NCBI GenBank assembly: GCA_964518565.1
Contig: CAZFGX010000001.1
Coordinates: 360,409-424,408, forward strand
Source: an uncultured Gammaproteobacteria bacterium
Lineage (GTDB): Bacteria > Patescibacteriota > Microgenomatia > CAZETR01 > Amesbacteraceae
DNA length: 64,000 bases
Direction: 5' to 3'
Shown here: one piece after another, positions 1-10,840 of the stretch
Layout: the number at the start of each line of letters is the position of its first letter
Position numbering within the stretch: the first letter of the stretch is position 1
The notes under the pieces: model-generated
Told to the model about the DNA's origin: nothing
Database searches by the model: none
The model's input: only the letters and a program-made list of their open reading frames with translations
Made by a program: the position numbers and the translations under genes

Positions 1-762
1 TCTCCGGGGCCTATGACCAAAACAGTTACAGATGCTCAAACACTTTTGGATATTATTACTGGCCAAGATCCTTACGATGCCACAACATCAGCCAATAAGC
101 CGGTATTACAAAAAGAAAAAAAATTGCGGCTAGGTTTACCAAAAGAGTATTTGCTAAGCAATATGCGTTCGGAAGTGAAAACATGTATATTATCCGCTGC
201 CAAGCAGTTCGAAAGTCTTGGCGCATCAGTCGAAGAAATATCTCTTCTAGATCCGAAATATTCGATAGGTGTGTATACAATTATCCAGCGCAGTGAAGTT
301 AGTTCAAATCTGGGTCGATATGATGGTATTCGCTATGGGGGCACGCGAGATGAATTTGGAACTGAAGCTAAGCGTCGAATTATGCTGGGAACTTACGCAT
401 TATCTTCAGGTTATTATGATCAGTATTACAAAAAAGCCCAAAAAGTGAGAACATTAATTATGAGAGATTTTGCAAAGGCGTTCGAATCTGTAGACCTGAT
501 TATTGGCCCCACATCCCCAGGTCCCGCTTTGGCCAAGGGTGCCAGTAAAGACAATCCTATGTTTGGGGAAATGGAAGATATGCTTGTAGAAGCGAGTAGT
601 ATTGCTGGATTACCAGGCATTAATATTCCAGCAGGTTTTGTAGATGGACTACCAATTGGCTTACAAATTATGGGCCCTCAGTGGAGTGAATCTTTGATTG
701 TTCAAACTGCAAACCTCTACCAACAATCGACTGCCTGGCACCATGAAAGACCAACACTTTAA
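1..762 (+). CDS. gatA: Glu-tRNA(Gln)/Asp-tRNA(Asn) amidotransferase subunit A, C-terminal portion (5' end outside window)
   Basis: ORF runs from window edge; C-terminal GatA-like motifs (DLIIGPTSPGPA, GLPGINIPAGF, GLPIGLQIMGPQWSE); followed by gatB downstream. Confidence 0.8.
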   Translation, partial: SPGPMTKTVTDAQTLLDIITGQDPYDATTSANKPVLQKEKKLRLGLPKEYLLSNMRSEVKTCILSAAKQFESLGASVEEISLLDPKYSIGVYTIIQRSEVSSNLGRYDGIRYGGTRDEFGTEAKRRIMLGTYALSSGYYDQYYKKAQKVRTLIMRDFAKAFESVDLIIGPTSPGPALAKGASKDNPMFGEMEDMLVEASSIAGLPGINIPAGFVDGLPIGLQIMGPQWSESLIVQTANLYQQSTAWHHERPTL

Positions 763-1981
763 ACAAGTATTCAAAAACAAAAACTTCCTCAAGCTCTGGG
801 CGACGCAAATGTTGTCCCAATTTACGATTCAAATTATGAATTTTTATATTTTGACTCGGATTTATGCAATTACCCATTCCACCATTGCTGTTTCCCTTAT
901 GTGGGTAGCAGGATCGTTACCTGCGCTTATGTTTGGACCGTTTTCTGGGGCAATTGTAGATAGTTTCAGTCGCCGAAAAATTATGATTATTACCAATATC
1001 CTTCAAGCAATCGTAGTCGCATTGTTGCTGATAAACAATCATCGTATTTTTTATCTATACACCATCGTATTTTTATATTGGCTATTAGACCAGTTCTATT
1101 TTCCTAGCCAACAAGCCAGTGCTCCAGCGCTTATCGCTAAAGAAAGTTTACCAGCTGCCAATGGTCTATTTCTCTTGACCCAACAAGCATCTGTTCTCAT
1201 AGGATTCGGCCTGGGGGGGATAATGTTGACCTTTTTAGGACCAAAAATCACAATACTTATTGCCGTCGTTAATTTAGTTCTAGCAACATTTGCAGTTTAC
1301 TATCTACCTAAAGATAAACCCCATACGAACTTGATGGAAAAAGATTTTAGCCAGTTTTGGAAAGATTTTGTCGACGGTTATCATTTTATTCGCTCACAAA
1401 AAAATATTTTAGCCCCACTAATCGTCTTGATTATTGTTCAAGTATATATCTCAGTAATCTCTACTTTATTGCCTTCGTATACCTCAGAAGTCTTACATTT
1501 AAATCTAAATCAATCCAGTAGTCATCTGATAGTCCCTGGAGCCGTAGGTGCAGTTATTACTACCTATTTACTCCCAAATATTCTCAAACGTGTTCGTAAA
1601 AATCGTCTCGTTCTTTCTGGATTAAGTCTTGCCGGATTATGTCTGTTTGGTATGTCTGCCATCGATCTTATCCCTTGGGCCAAATCTTTGGCGGCAATCA
1701 CTTGTGCAATTGGTCTAGGAGTAGCTATTGCTATGATACTGGTGCCTACGCAATCTGTAGTTCAGGAAAAGACTCCAGCTTCGCTTCAAGGTCGAGTATA
1801 TGGCCATTTAGGATTTTTATTAATTTTAGCCACGACTGTGCCACTTATTCTTTCTGCTACTATCGCTGATTTGCTAGGAGTTGGTGTATTGATGGGAATT
1901 TTGGGTCTGCTATTATTAGCCGGCGTTACTGTTATTTATGTCAAAAAACTCCATGTCATGGCAAACGGTGCTCGGGTTTGA
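743..1981 (+). CDS. MFS-type transporter (about 12 TM helices)
   Basis: 413-aa hydrophobic ORF with MFS-like loop motif (GAIVDSFSRRKIM); start chosen at MKDQHF just before gatA stop. Confidence 0.65.
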   Translation: MKDQHFKQVFKNKNFLKLWATQMLSQFTIQIMNFYILTRIYAITHSTIAVSLMWVAGSLPALMFGPFSGAIVDSFSRRKIMIITNILQAIVVALLLINNHRIFYLYTIVFLYWLLDQFYFPSQQASAPALIAKESLPAANGLFLLTQQASVLIGFGLGGIMLTFLGPKITILIAVVNLVLATFAVYYLPKDKPHTNLMEKDFSQFWKDFVDGYHFIRSQKNILAPLIVLIIVQVYISVISTLLPSYTSEVLHLNLNQSSSHLIVPGAVGAVITTYLLPNILKRVRKNRLVLSGLSLAGLCLFGMSAIDLIPWAKSLAAITCAIGLGVAIAMILVPTQSVVQEKTPASLQGRVYGHLGFLLILATTVPLILSATIADLLGVGVLMGILGLLLLAGVTVIYVKKLHVMANGARV

Positions 1982-3221
1982 AGTCCACGTCGAATTAGCT
2001 ACCGAGTCAAAAATGTTTTGCGGCTGTCCAGCCGATCATTTTTCTGCCCCGCCAAATTCTCAAACTTGCCCTGTTTGTCTCGGTCTACCCGGCGCCTTGC
2101 CTGTTCCAAATGCCAAGGCTATTCAGTGGTGTATTCAGCTAGGATTAGCTTTGGATTGCAAGATAAATTTAACCTCAAAGTTCGATCGGAAAAATTATTT
2201 TTATCCAGATCTGCCCAAGGCCTATCAAATTAGTCAATACGACCAACCGTTTTGTTTTGGTGGTTATTTAGATCTGCCTAGTTCAGGTAAGCGTATTCGT
2301 ATTACTCGAGTTCATATGGAAGAAGATACCGGTAAACTGCAGCACTCAGGCGATAAAACTCTTATAGATTTCAATCGCTCCAGTGTACCCTTGGTCGAAA
2401 TTGTAACCGAACCAGACTTTAACAATCCTGAAGATGGTATAGAGTTTCTGAAAGAAGTCCAACAAATTATCCGTAGTCTAAAAATCTCTACTGCAGACAT
2501 GGAAAAAGGATCTATGCGTCTAGAAGCCAATATTTCCGTTCGCCCCTCAGGTCAAATCGAACTACCAAATTACAAAGTCGAAGTAAAAAATGTCAATTCA
2601 TTTCGTTTTATCAAAAAAGCCATTGAATACGAAGTAGATCGCCAGACAAAACTTTTAGAAGCAGGCGAAACACCAGATCAAGAAACCCGTGGTTTCAATG
2701 AATCAAAAGGTGAGACGGTCAGCCAACGCCGCAAAGAAAACGCCCATGACTACCGCTATTTCCCTGAGCCCGACATCCCGCCAATTGTATTTAATAAAGA
2801 ACAGATTGAGACTTGGAAGTCTGAACTCCCCGAACTCCCCGCCACGATTCGTCAAAAGCTTGTTTCGTTAGGAGTATCAGTCAATGTTGCAACGACATTA
2901 GTATCCTTACCTATGAGATTGGCTAAATTTTATGAACTCACTCAATTATCAAAAGAATATAAAGCAATCGCGGATCTTGTTGCTAACGCTCCCGAAGATA
3001 AAGTTGAATCAATTCAATACACCAAAAAAACTTTCATTACCGATGAGTCGATTATTCGTCCACTTGTAGACCAAATAATCAGTGCCAATCCCAAGGCTGT
3101 GGCAGATATTAAATCAGGCAAAACCCAAGTGATGTTTTTTTTAATTGGTCAAATCAAGAAACAACAGCCAGATATCGACATCGAAATAACTCAAAAAATT
3201 ATTCAAGAATTAATTGACTAA
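1938..3221 (+). CDS. gatB: Asp-tRNA(Asn)/Glu-tRNA(Gln) amidotransferase subunit B
   Basis: N-terminus (M)SWQTVLGFEVHVEL, CGCPADHF...CPVCLGLPGALP zinc-site motif, C-terminal GatB/YqeY-like tail; true start may be ATG at 1953. Confidence 0.9.
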   Translation: MSKNSMSWQTVLGFEVHVELATESKMFCGCPADHFSAPPNSQTCPVCLGLPGALPVPNAKAIQWCIQLGLALDCKINLTSKFDRKNYFYPDLPKAYQISQYDQPFCFGGYLDLPSSGKRIRITRVHMEEDTGKLQHSGDKTLIDFNRSSVPLVEIVTEPDFNNPEDGIEFLKEVQQIIRSLKISTADMEKGSMRLEANISVRPSGQIELPNYKVEVKNVNSFRFIKKAIEYEVDRQTKLLEAGETPDQETRGFNESKGETVSQRRKENAHDYRYFPEPDIPPIVFNKEQIETWKSELPELPATIRQKLVSLGVSVNVATTLVSLPMRLAKFYELTQLSKEYKAIADLVANAPEDKVESIQYTKKTFITDESIIRPLVDQIISANPKAVADIKSGKTQVMFFLIGQIKKQQPDIDIEITQKIIQELID

Positions 3222-3224
3222 TTC

Positions 3225-3611
3225 ATGCCGAAATTTCACTTCAATAAATTAGTTCGCGACAAAATTCCTGAACAAATGGTGGCTGCAGGGGATACGCCTC
3301 ACGGAAAAACACTTGATCCAGAACAAACAATTACCGAACTAGTCAGAAAATTGGCCGAAGAAACCTCTGAACTCCAAACTGCCTCCTCCCAAGAAGTCAC
3401 AAATGAACTGGCAGATATCCAAGAAATTGTCGATGCTATTCGGGATAATCTGGGTATTACCCCGGATCAGCTCAAAGATGCCCAAGACCATAAAAGACAA
3501 CTAAGAGGAGGCTATCAATTACGTAAATATATCAGTTGGGTTCAGGTCAACAAGGATTCTGTGTGGCTAAAATACCTTCGGCAATCGCCCAAAAAATACC
3601 CCGAAGAATAA
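3225..3611 (+). CDS. MazG-like/phosphoribosyl-ATP pyrophosphohydrolase-like nucleotide pyrophosphohydrolase
   Basis: 128 aa, hallmark N-terminal KLVRDKIPE motif and acidic helix (EETSELQ...ELADIQEIVD). Confidence 0.55.
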   Translation: MPKFHFNKLVRDKIPEQMVAAGDTPHGKTLDPEQTITELVRKLAEETSELQTASSQEVTNELADIQEIVDAIRDNLGITPDQLKDAQDHKRQLRGGYQLRKYISWVQVNKDSVWLKYLRQSPKKYPEE

Positions 3612-3660
3612 CCGAAATATAAGTCTTGACGAAATCCTATTCTGCTGTCAACATGGACAT

Positions 3661-3849
3661 ATGACTAGCCACACAATTCTTGAAGAGACCATCACAAAAT
3701 CACTCAAACCGATGATGAAAAAAATAAATACACTAAATAAAAAACTCGACATTATCATCGACCACTTCGACCGAAGAGTAATTGATGTTGACAAACGACT
3801 GATAAAAGTAAAAAAACAAGTAGGGTTAGATACAAACCCATATATTTAA
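3661..3849 (+). CDS. small hypothetical protein (62 aa)
   Basis: ORF only; no recognisable domain; lies between MazG-like gene and dnaE. Confidence 0.3.
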   Translation: MTSHTILEETITKSLKPMMKKINTLNKKLDIIIDHFDRRVIDVDKRLIKVKKQVGLDTNPYI

Positions 3850-3884
3850 TTTTAGAAACAGCCGTTAATCGACTGAAAACAACT

Positions 3885-6800
3885 ATGGCCAGCAATTTTA
3901 TTCATCTTCATTGTCATACCGAATATTCGCTTCTTGACGGGCTTTCTAAGGTCAAAAAATTGGTCAAACGTGTTAAAGAACTGGAAATGCCAGCTCTGGC
4001 CATGACTGATCACGGGGTTATGTATGGAGCCATTGAGTTTTATAAAGAATGTCAAAAAGAAGGCGTCAAGCCATTGATCGGTTGTGAAATATATACGGTT
4101 AATTTCGACCACACGAAACGTGAAGGAAAAGGAGAAAACAACCATTTAATCCTCATTGCTAAAGATCATGAAGGCTATAAAAATTTAATGAAAATTTCCT
4201 CAATCGCTCATACAGAAGGCTTTTATTACAAACCCCGAATTAGCAAAGATATCTTACGCCAATATGCCAAAGGGCTATTGTGTACCTCTGCTTGTCCCAA
4301 GGGCGAAATTGCCGAATTAATCGAAGCCGGCAATATAGACGAAACTAAAAAAGCAATCTCTTGGTATCAGGATACATTCGGAGCCGAAAATTATTATTTA
4401 GAAATTCAACGCCATCAATATAAAAATCATTTTGAAGCCGTCAAATCTAATCCAAAAATTCTGGACCGTCTGCAAAAGCTCCAATCTGGTGAAGATGTCT
4501 GGGTCAAGACTCTTATTAATCTTAGTCGCGAGTTAGGTGTTCCTCTCGTAGCCACCAATGACGCGCACTATATCAAACAATCTGACGCCAAAGCCCAAGA
4601 TGCCTTAGTCTGTATCTCTACTGGAAAAAATGTGTCGGATCTTGAACGTATACGCTATATCGACGCCCCTGCATTTTTCGTGACCTCAGAACAAGAAATG
4701 CAGTCCCTCTTTCCAGATGTACCAGATGCCCTGACTAACACACTTAAAGCTGCCGATTCTATTGATTTGCAAATAGAGCTTGGTAAGTGGTATTTCCCCC
4801 AAATCGAACTTCCTGAGGGTAAAGATGCTGGTACTCAGCTTAGATATCTCTGTGACCAGCGTTTGCCAGAACGCTATACAAATATCACTCCTGAACTCGA
4901 GCAACGTATGGAATTTGAATTGGAGGTTATTTGTACAAAAGGCTATGCCTCATACTTTTTGATGCTTTCAGACTTGGTGAACTGGTGTACTGATAACGGA
5001 ATAATCACCAATACCCGAGGTTCAGCTGCCGGCTCAATGGTCTCATTTGTTATGGGTATTACCACCGTCGATCCGATCAAATACCAATTACCTTTTGAAC
5101 GTTTTCTCAATCCTTTCCGACCTTCGCCGCCTGACATAGATCTTGATATTGCTGATGACCGGCGTGAAGAGCTCATTGCCTATGTGACTCAAAAATTTGG
5201 CAAAGACAAAGTGGCTCAAATTTGTACCTTTGGTCGAATGTTGGCCAGAGCTGCTGTTCGTGATGTGGCGCGAGTACTCGGACACCCGTATGCTGTTGGC
5301 GATAGAATCGCCAAGGTCATCCCTCAAGGTGCTCAGGGTTTTCCCATGACATTTGAACGAGCGCTCAACGAAGCTCCAGAATTTCGCACCATGTATGACA
5401 CAGACCCAGTAGTAAAAGAGATTATTGATTTAGCTCGCGATATTGAAGGTAATGCTCGTCATTCATCTGTTCATGCAGCTGGTACCGTGGTTTCGCCCAG
5501 TGATATGCGCGATTTTACCCCTCTTCAGCTCGAACCTAGTGGTGAAAAAATTATCACCCAATACGAAATGCATGCCTGCGAAGACGTGGGGTTGGTGAAA
5601 TTCGATATTCTTGGTATCCGCAATTTATCTATTCTAGGGGCTGCTCGGGATATCGTTCAAAAATCCCGCGATATCAAAATCGATCTCCGTCAAATCCCAG
5701 TAGACGACAAAAAAACCTTTACCATGCTGGCGCGAGGCGATACTATGGGAACATTTCAGCTGGGTGGCTCCGGTATGACCAAGTGGCTCAAAGAGCTCAA
5801 GCCTAACCGGGTCGAAGATATCATGGTCATGATCGCTCTATTTCGTCCAGGTCCTATGGACAATATTTCAGAATTTATTTCGCGCAAACAAGGCAAAAAG
5901 GAAGTCGTCTACATGCACCCCAAAATGCAAAAGTTTTTGGACAAGTCCTACGGCGTGTTGGTATATCAGGACGATCTGCTCTATACCGCATTGGAGTTGG
6001 CAGGCTATGACTGGGGAGAAGTAGATAAGTTTCGCAAAGCAGTGGGCAAAAAAATCCCTGAAGAAATGGCCAAACAACATGTCAAATTCGTTGAAGGTTG
6101 TATAAAAAACTCTGGTCTTACAAATGAAGAAGCCGAAAAAATTTGGGATCTGTTCGTACCGTTCCAGGGATATGGCTTCAACAAAGCGCATGCTGCGAGT
6201 TACGGAATTATCTCTTACCGTACTGCGTACATGAAAGCCAATTACCCAGTCGAATACATGACAGCACTTCTTACTGCCGAAGCCGGCAATACAGATACAA
6301 TTGTCGAAGCTATTGAGGAATGCCGTCGTCTAGGTATCACAGTCCTTGCCCCGGATATCAATGCTTCTGAGACTGGTTTTACTATTGAACCAGACGAAAA
6401 GTCTCTAGATGGACGCGCAATACGTTTTGGCTTATCAGCTATCAAAAATGTTGGTTCTGTTGCGATCGATCTTATTTTACGCGCCCGCCAAGACAAACGA
6501 TTTGCCACTCTGACAGATTTTATCTTGCGAGTAGACAGTCAAAAAGTAAATCGTAAAGTCTTAGAAAGTCTGACTAAGGCCGGCGCCTTAGACGAATTTG
6601 GCAATCGAGCAGCTATTTTGGCAGGGCTAGATAAAATTCGCGAAAAAGGCATCTCAATATCCAAGGCCAAAGAGTCTGGTCAGTTTAGTTTGTTTGGTGA
6701 CGAAGATACTCAGCATGACACAGTCGACGCCTTACCAAATGTCCCTGAATTTGAAAAAGAACAACGCTTGAATTTAGAAAAAGAGTTATTAGGGTTTTAT

Positions 6801-7472
6801 CTGACCGAACATCCTCATGCTGAGAAACTAAATCAGATGCAAGATGTCACCTCCCACAAAATTACCGAGCTGTACGACGAAAGTTTCATGCGTCAGTATG
6901 TTACCGTTGGTGGTATTGTTGAACAGGTCCGTCAAGTTGTTACCAAGGCGAGTAACTTGCCTATGTGTTTCGCCAAATTGACAGATCTCAATCGTACAGT
7001 CGAGGTGGTCGTTTTCCCCAAAGTCTACGCCGTTACCTCTGCAGTTTGGAAACAAGATAATGTTGTAGTGGTCGCAGGCAAAATTGAGGTTCGTCAGGCT
7101 GCAGCTACCGATGATGACCAAGTCCAAGCCGAGCAAGAAGCCACTATTATTGCCGATACTGCTGCTATGTTTATAGGACCTGAGACTGAATTGCCCAAAA
7201 TACCCACCAATCGAAGATCTGGCTTTGTTTCTACTCCTGCGCCAGTAGTCGAGCGAGTGGTAATTGAAAGACCAATCGTCATAGAAATCCCCAAGGGTAC
7301 GCCACAAAACACACTAGTCGAGCTCAACACGCTGTTGCAAAATTCCAAAGGCAACCGTAAAGCCTCTTTATCATTTATCAATGGTGCCAATACTCGCAAT
7401 ATAGATCTCCCATACCCTCTCGCTTGGGACGAAAGTTTGGCCCAAAAAATTAAGACATTGCTAGGCATGTAG
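3885..7472 (+). CDS. dnaE: DNA polymerase III alpha subunit
   Basis: 1195 aa; N-terminal PHP domain (HLHCHTEYSLLDG), polymerase core, C-terminal OB fold. Confidence 0.95.
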   Translation: MASNFIHLHCHTEYSLLDGLSKVKKLVKRVKELEMPALAMTDHGVMYGAIEFYKECQKEGVKPLIGCEIYTVNFDHTKREGKGENNHLILIAKDHEGYKNLMKISSIAHTEGFYYKPRISKDILRQYAKGLLCTSACPKGEIAELIEAGNIDETKKAISWYQDTFGAENYYLEIQRHQYKNHFEAVKSNPKILDRLQKLQSGEDVWVKTLINLSRELGVPLVATNDAHYIKQSDAKAQDALVCISTGKNVSDLERIRYIDAPAFFVTSEQEMQSLFPDVPDALTNTLKAADSIDLQIELGKWYFPQIELPEGKDAGTQLRYLCDQRLPERYTNITPELEQRMEFELEVICTKGYASYFLMLSDLVNWCTDNGIITNTRGSAAGSMVSFVMGITTVDPIKYQLPFERFLNPFRPSPPDIDLDIADDRREELIAYVTQKFGKDKVAQICTFGRMLARAAVRDVARVLGHPYAVGDRIAKVIPQGAQGFPMTFERALNEAPEFRTMYDTDPVVKEIIDLARDIEGNARHSSVHAAGTVVSPSDMRDFTPLQLEPSGEKIITQYEMHACEDVGLVKFDILGIRNLSILGAARDIVQKSRDIKIDLRQIPVDDKKTFTMLARGDTMGTFQLGGSGMTKWLKELKPNRVEDIMVMIALFRPGPMDNISEFISRKQGKKEVVYMHPKMQKFLDKSYGVLVYQDDLLYTALELAGYDWGEVDKFRKAVGKKIPEEMAKQHVKFVEGCIKNSGLTNEEAEKIWDLFVPFQGYGFNKAHAASYGIISYRTAYMKANYPVEYMTALLTAEAGNTDTIVEAIEECRRLGITVLAPDINASETGFTIEPDEKSLDGRAIRFGLSAIKNVGSVAIDLILRARQDKRFATLTDFILRVDSQKVNRKVLESLTKAGALDEFGNRAAILAGLDKIREKGISISKAKESGQFSLFGDEDTQHDTVDALPNVPEFEKEQRLNLEKELLGFYLTEHPHAEKLNQMQDVTSHKITELYDESFMRQYVTVGGIVEQVRQVVTKASNLPMCFAKLTDLNRTVEVVVFPKVYAVTSAVWKQDNVVVVAGKIEVRQAAATDDDQVQAEQEATIIADTAAMFIGPETELPKIPTNRRSGFVSTPAPVVERVVIERPIVIEIPKGTPQNTLVELNTLLQNSKGNRKASLSFINGANTRNIDLPYPLAWDESLAQKIKTLLGM

Positions 7473-7496
7473 TTCTATAGTAAAATACTCCCTATT

Positions 7497-7826
7497 ATGG
7501 CTATTTCTCTATCCATCAAAGATACTCCAGTTCATATTGGCGATCTTGTTCGTGTACACCAACGTATTCTCGAGGCTGAAAATAAAGAACGTATTCAAAT
7601 TTTTGAAGGCTTGGTAATCAAGATTCGTGGTCGTGGAGATAGTAAAACCTTCACCGTCAGAAAAACCGGCGCCAACAATATCGGAGTAGAAAAAATCTTC
7701 CCCGTAAATTCTCCTTGGATTGCCAAAATGGAAGTTAAAAAAACTGGTCACGTCCGCCGAGCCAAGTTGTACTATATTCGCGAAAAATCAGCCCGCCAAA
7801 TCGCCACGATTACCCAACAGGCATGA
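7497..7826 (+). CDS. rplS: 50S ribosomal protein L19
   Basis: 109 aa; L19 signature ([16 protein letters not shown]...TFTVRK...[11 protein letters not shown]). Confidence 0.95.
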   Translation: MAISLSIKDTPVHIGDLVRVHQRILEAENKERIQIFEGLVIKIRGRGDSKTFTVRKTGANNIGVEKIFPVNSPWIAKMEVKKTGHVRRAKLYYIREKSARQIATITQQA

Positions 7827-9451
7827 AATCGCGTCTGCTTGTCTTAAGCAGCATTCTTCTTCTCGCTATCTTCCTTCGTTTTTTCTCTCTTTCGCATACG
7901 CCAAATGGGTTTTATTGGGATGAAATAGATGTCGGCTTCCAAGCCAGATCTTTACTAGAGACTGGCAGAGACTATTTTGGAAATCCCTTGCCCCTCTTTT
8001 TACACTCAATGGCCGATTACCGTGCCCCGGTTTTGCTATATAGTGCAGTCCTCCCCAGTAAACTTTTTGGTTTTACGGTATTTAGTACTCGTCTTGTGCC
8101 CGTTATTTGGGGAATATTGGGTATCGCAGCTGCTTATGTATTGGGACAGAGCTTTCGTAAATCAGGTCTTATTTTTTCTTTCGTCATGGCAGTTAGTGTT
8201 TGGCATCTTCAGTATTCTCGTGTCGCCCAAGAACCTGTTGCCATGATTACTTGTCTCCTCATAGCAGCAGCAGCTTGGCAAAAAAGCCGTCAAAAGCCCA
8301 TTTGGTTTACTATTTCACTAGTATTTTTTGGCCTTAGCTTGTTGGCATATAGCACCGCCAAACTTTTTGTTCCTCTCTGGCTAGTAGTATTGGCTATCTG
8401 GTGCCGGCCAAAAAAAATAAGCCGGTTAGGTATTTTTGCATTCTTTTTAATTGCCATCCCGGTAGGGCTAGATTCGCTATTTGGTCACAGCGGCATGCGC
8501 TTTCACGACTTGGCCGTCTATACCAACCCAGTAGTGCCAACAGAAATCGATCAAAAACGTCTAGAAACTCAGATAGGACTAAAAAATCAGCGTACAGTCG
8601 GTATATCGCCGAGTTTGGCAGATAAATTTGCTTACAACAAGCCGGAAGAATGGGTGAGTACAATTTCCAAAAATTATCTTAGTGCTTTTTCGTCTGACTT
8701 TTTGTTTATTAAAGGAGACGTTCAACTTCGTCATTCACCGTCCAGTAACTCTATTGGCATGCTATTTGCCATAGAATCAATTGCATTAATTATTGGTCTA
8801 TTTGCCACACGCCAGCTTTCAAAGCCTCAAAAGATTTTTTTGCTTTCTTGGATCCTTCTTGCTCCATTACCCGCTAGTCTCACGCGAGACGGTTTTGCTC
8901 ATGCTGGACGTCTAATGATACTCATGCCAGCACTTCTGCTTTTAGTCGGACTGGGGCTAAAATCTCTTGCCAATTATAAATTCTTCCGTACTGTCTTTTG
9001 GCTTATTTATATAGCGACAATTGCCAATACGTATTATTTTTATTTTTCCAGATATCGATTGGAATCTGCTATTCCATTCCAATATGCCCACATTCAAGCG
9101 GCCAACGCTGCTATAGCCAAAACAGTGGAATCTGATCAGGTTATTCTAGATATGGCCGACGATTCTGGCCTGATGGCCTACATCTTTGCCAGTCATGTGA
9201 CACCAGCTCAGTTTCAAGCGAACCTGCCTTTAAAATATGTCGAAATAACCCCTGATATTCGTGGCTACGCATTTGGAAAACTTGTAGTGTTAGAACCAGG
9301 CAAACGCAATTGGACCGATCAAAAATTCAAAACCAAAACCTATATCGTCGCTTCCGCCAAAGAGCCGCTTCTGGACACATATCAACCCAAGCCAGACCAA
9401 ATCAATTATCCCGACGGTACGCCTGCGTTCTATCTCTTTTCTTCTAAGTAG
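7823..9451 (+). CDS. GT39/GT83-family (ArnT/PMT-like) membrane glycosyltransferase
   Basis: 542 aa multi-TM; N-terminal motif [28 protein letters not shown] typical of dolichyl/undecaprenyl-phosphate-sugar dependent glycosyltransferases; ATGA overlap with rplS. Confidence 0.7.
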   Translation: MKSRLLVLSSILLLAIFLRFFSLSHTPNGFYWDEIDVGFQARSLLETGRDYFGNPLPLFLHSMADYRAPVLLYSAVLPSKLFGFTVFSTRLVPVIWGILGIAAAYVLGQSFRKSGLIFSFVMAVSVWHLQYSRVAQEPVAMITCLLIAAAAWQKSRQKPIWFTISLVFFGLSLLAYSTAKLFVPLWLVVLAIWCRPKKISRLGIFAFFLIAIPVGLDSLFGHSGMRFHDLAVYTNPVVPTEIDQKRLETQIGLKNQRTVGISPSLADKFAYNKPEEWVSTISKNYLSAFSSDFLFIKGDVQLRHSPSSNSIGMLFAIESIALIIGLFATRQLSKPQKIFLLSWILLAPLPASLTRDGFAHAGRLMILMPALLLLVGLGLKSLANYKFFRTVFWLIYIATIANTYYFYFSRYRLESAIPFQYAHIQAANAAIAKTVESDQVILDMADDSGLMAYIFASHVTPAQFQANLPLKYVEITPDIRGYAFGKLVVLEPGKRNWTDQKFKTKTYIVASAKEPLLDTYQPKPDQINYPDGTPAFYLFSSK

Positions 9452-10787
9452 TCACCTCATGCAGCAAGCCATTATTTAATCGCATTTGCCTCTGTACGCA
9501 CGCTCGGACTAAATGCTGGTCGTGTGAGACCAAAAGCAGAGTTCCTTCATATGTTTGTAAAAATCTTTCCAATGCCAAAACCGTTCGTAGATCTAGATGA
9601 TTGGTTGGTTCATCTAAGACCAAAATATCTGGATTGGTGGCCAAAAACTTTGCCAACTGCAAACGCGACTTTTGTCCGCCACTGAGCAATTTAATTGGTT
9701 GGCCAATTTGTGCCGCAGAAAACAAAAATTTTTTCAAATACGCAATTCCGTCATAATGATATATTCCCTTACTTTTTTGTAATTCCTCCAGAGGTGATAA
9801 TTGTTCATCTAATGCTGCCAAATGATCTTGGGCATAATACCCGATTCGTAGTCCTGAACCAATCTGCACAGTTCCAGAATCAGCCGATGTTTTGCCCACA
9901 ATAATATTAAGCAGAGTAGATTTCCCCGAACCGTTTGGAGCCGATATTGCTATCTTTTCACCACAAAACGCATGTAAATGCGTTCCATGTAACACATGAT
10001 TTTTGCTGTAAGACTTTTCCAATTTATCTATATACACCGCTGTTTTTTTGGCATGTTGATCTTGTATCTGAGTCTGCATGTGCACAGTCTTTTGCTCAGG
10101 TGGCTTTTCTACCATATCTCGTACCCAGCGGTCATACCGCTTTTCCGCACTGTGATATCGCCCGACAAATGCATCATTTGCTGCGGCCTGAACACGCAAT
10201 CGTTTGACCAGATCCAAAAGTCGCAATCGTTCTTTTTCTTGCACTTCCCACAAATGTTGCCGGCTGGCCATGGTATCTTCATAAATATCGCGAAATCTTT
10301 TATAGCCAAATGAATACGCCGTGACGATTGCTTCCTCCAAATGCCAAATATTATCCACTGCCTCCTCCAAAAAGGTTCTATCATGGGAAATCACTATCAC
10401 AATGCCCGAAAATTCTTTCACTAATTCCATAAACCACTGTTTGTGATCCAGATCTAGATGATTGTCCGGCTCATCCAAGAGTAAGACGTTTAAATCCGAA
10501 TAAAACAGTTCAGTAATCTTCAAAATTTTTTTCTCTCCACCTGATACATCAAAGCTATCTGACACAATTTCTTGCTCCAAATAGCCGATTTTGGTATCCT
10601 GGCTCCACAAAATTTCACCGCTATCAGCAGTTTCTCCTCCTGACAAAATTTTCAAAAGAGTCGATTTTCCAGATCCGTTGTCGCCAATCAATCCAATTTT
10701 CATCGTCCCCCGTGCCTGCAAATTCACCCCAGTAAACAGAGGTTGTACAAAACCTTTTGAAATAGTTTTTACCTGTAATTGAGCCAT
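9444..10787 (-). CDS. ABC-F family ATPase (two tandem ABC domains, no TM domain)
   Basis: 447 aa; N-terminus MAQLQVKTISKGF resembles EttA/Uup; two Walker A motifs (GLIGDNGSGKST, ISAPNGSGKST) and two LSGG signatures. Confidence 0.85.
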   Translation of the reverse strand: MAQLQVKTISKGFVQPLFTGVNLQARGTMKIGLIGDNGSGKSTLLKILSGGETADSGEILWSQDTKIGYLEQEIVSDSFDVSGGEKKILKITELFYSDLNVLLLDEPDNHLDLDHKQWFMELVKEFSGIVIVISHDRTFLEEAVDNIWHLEEAIVTAYSFGYKRFRDIYEDTMASRQHLWEVQEKERLRLLDLVKRLRVQAAANDAFVGRYHSAEKRYDRWVRDMVEKPPEQKTVHMQTQIQDQHAKKTAVYIDKLEKSYSKNHVLHGTHLHAFCGEKIAISAPNGSGKSTLLNIIVGKTSADSGTVQIGSGLRIGYYAQDHLAALDEQLSPLEELQKSKGIYHYDGIAYLKKFLFSAAQIGQPIKLLSGGQKSRLQLAKFLATNPDILVLDEPTNHLDLRTVLALERFLQTYEGTLLLVSHDQHLVRACVQRQMRLNNGLLHEVTT

Positions 10788-10831
10788 AAAAATAAAAAAA
10801 ATGCTGTGGGACAGAAATATCTATCCCACAG
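10788..10831 (-). terminator. rho-independent terminator (8-bp stem CTGTGGGA/TCCCACAG + U-tract on minus strand)
   Basis: hairpin 10804-10831 followed on minus strand by T-run (plus-strand A-run 10788-10800); sits directly upstream of ABC-F start. Confidence 0.6.
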
Positions 10832-10840
10832 CTAGTCACA

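Noticed and set aside
1639-2233. Short ORFs nested inside the MFS and gatB genes (1639-1869, 2018-2233)
   Set aside because: Entirely contained in alternative frames of well-supported longer genes; typical spurious ORFs.
3612-3660. Possible promoter or palindrome (TTGACG ... GTCAACATG) upstream of the 62-aa ORF
   Set aside because: -10 element poor and spacing ambiguous; not strong enough to annotate.
6242-7468. Antisense ORFs of 88-159 aa inside dnaE
   Set aside because: They overlap a highly conserved 1195-aa gene on the opposite strand and encode low-complexity, Ser/Arg-rich sequences.
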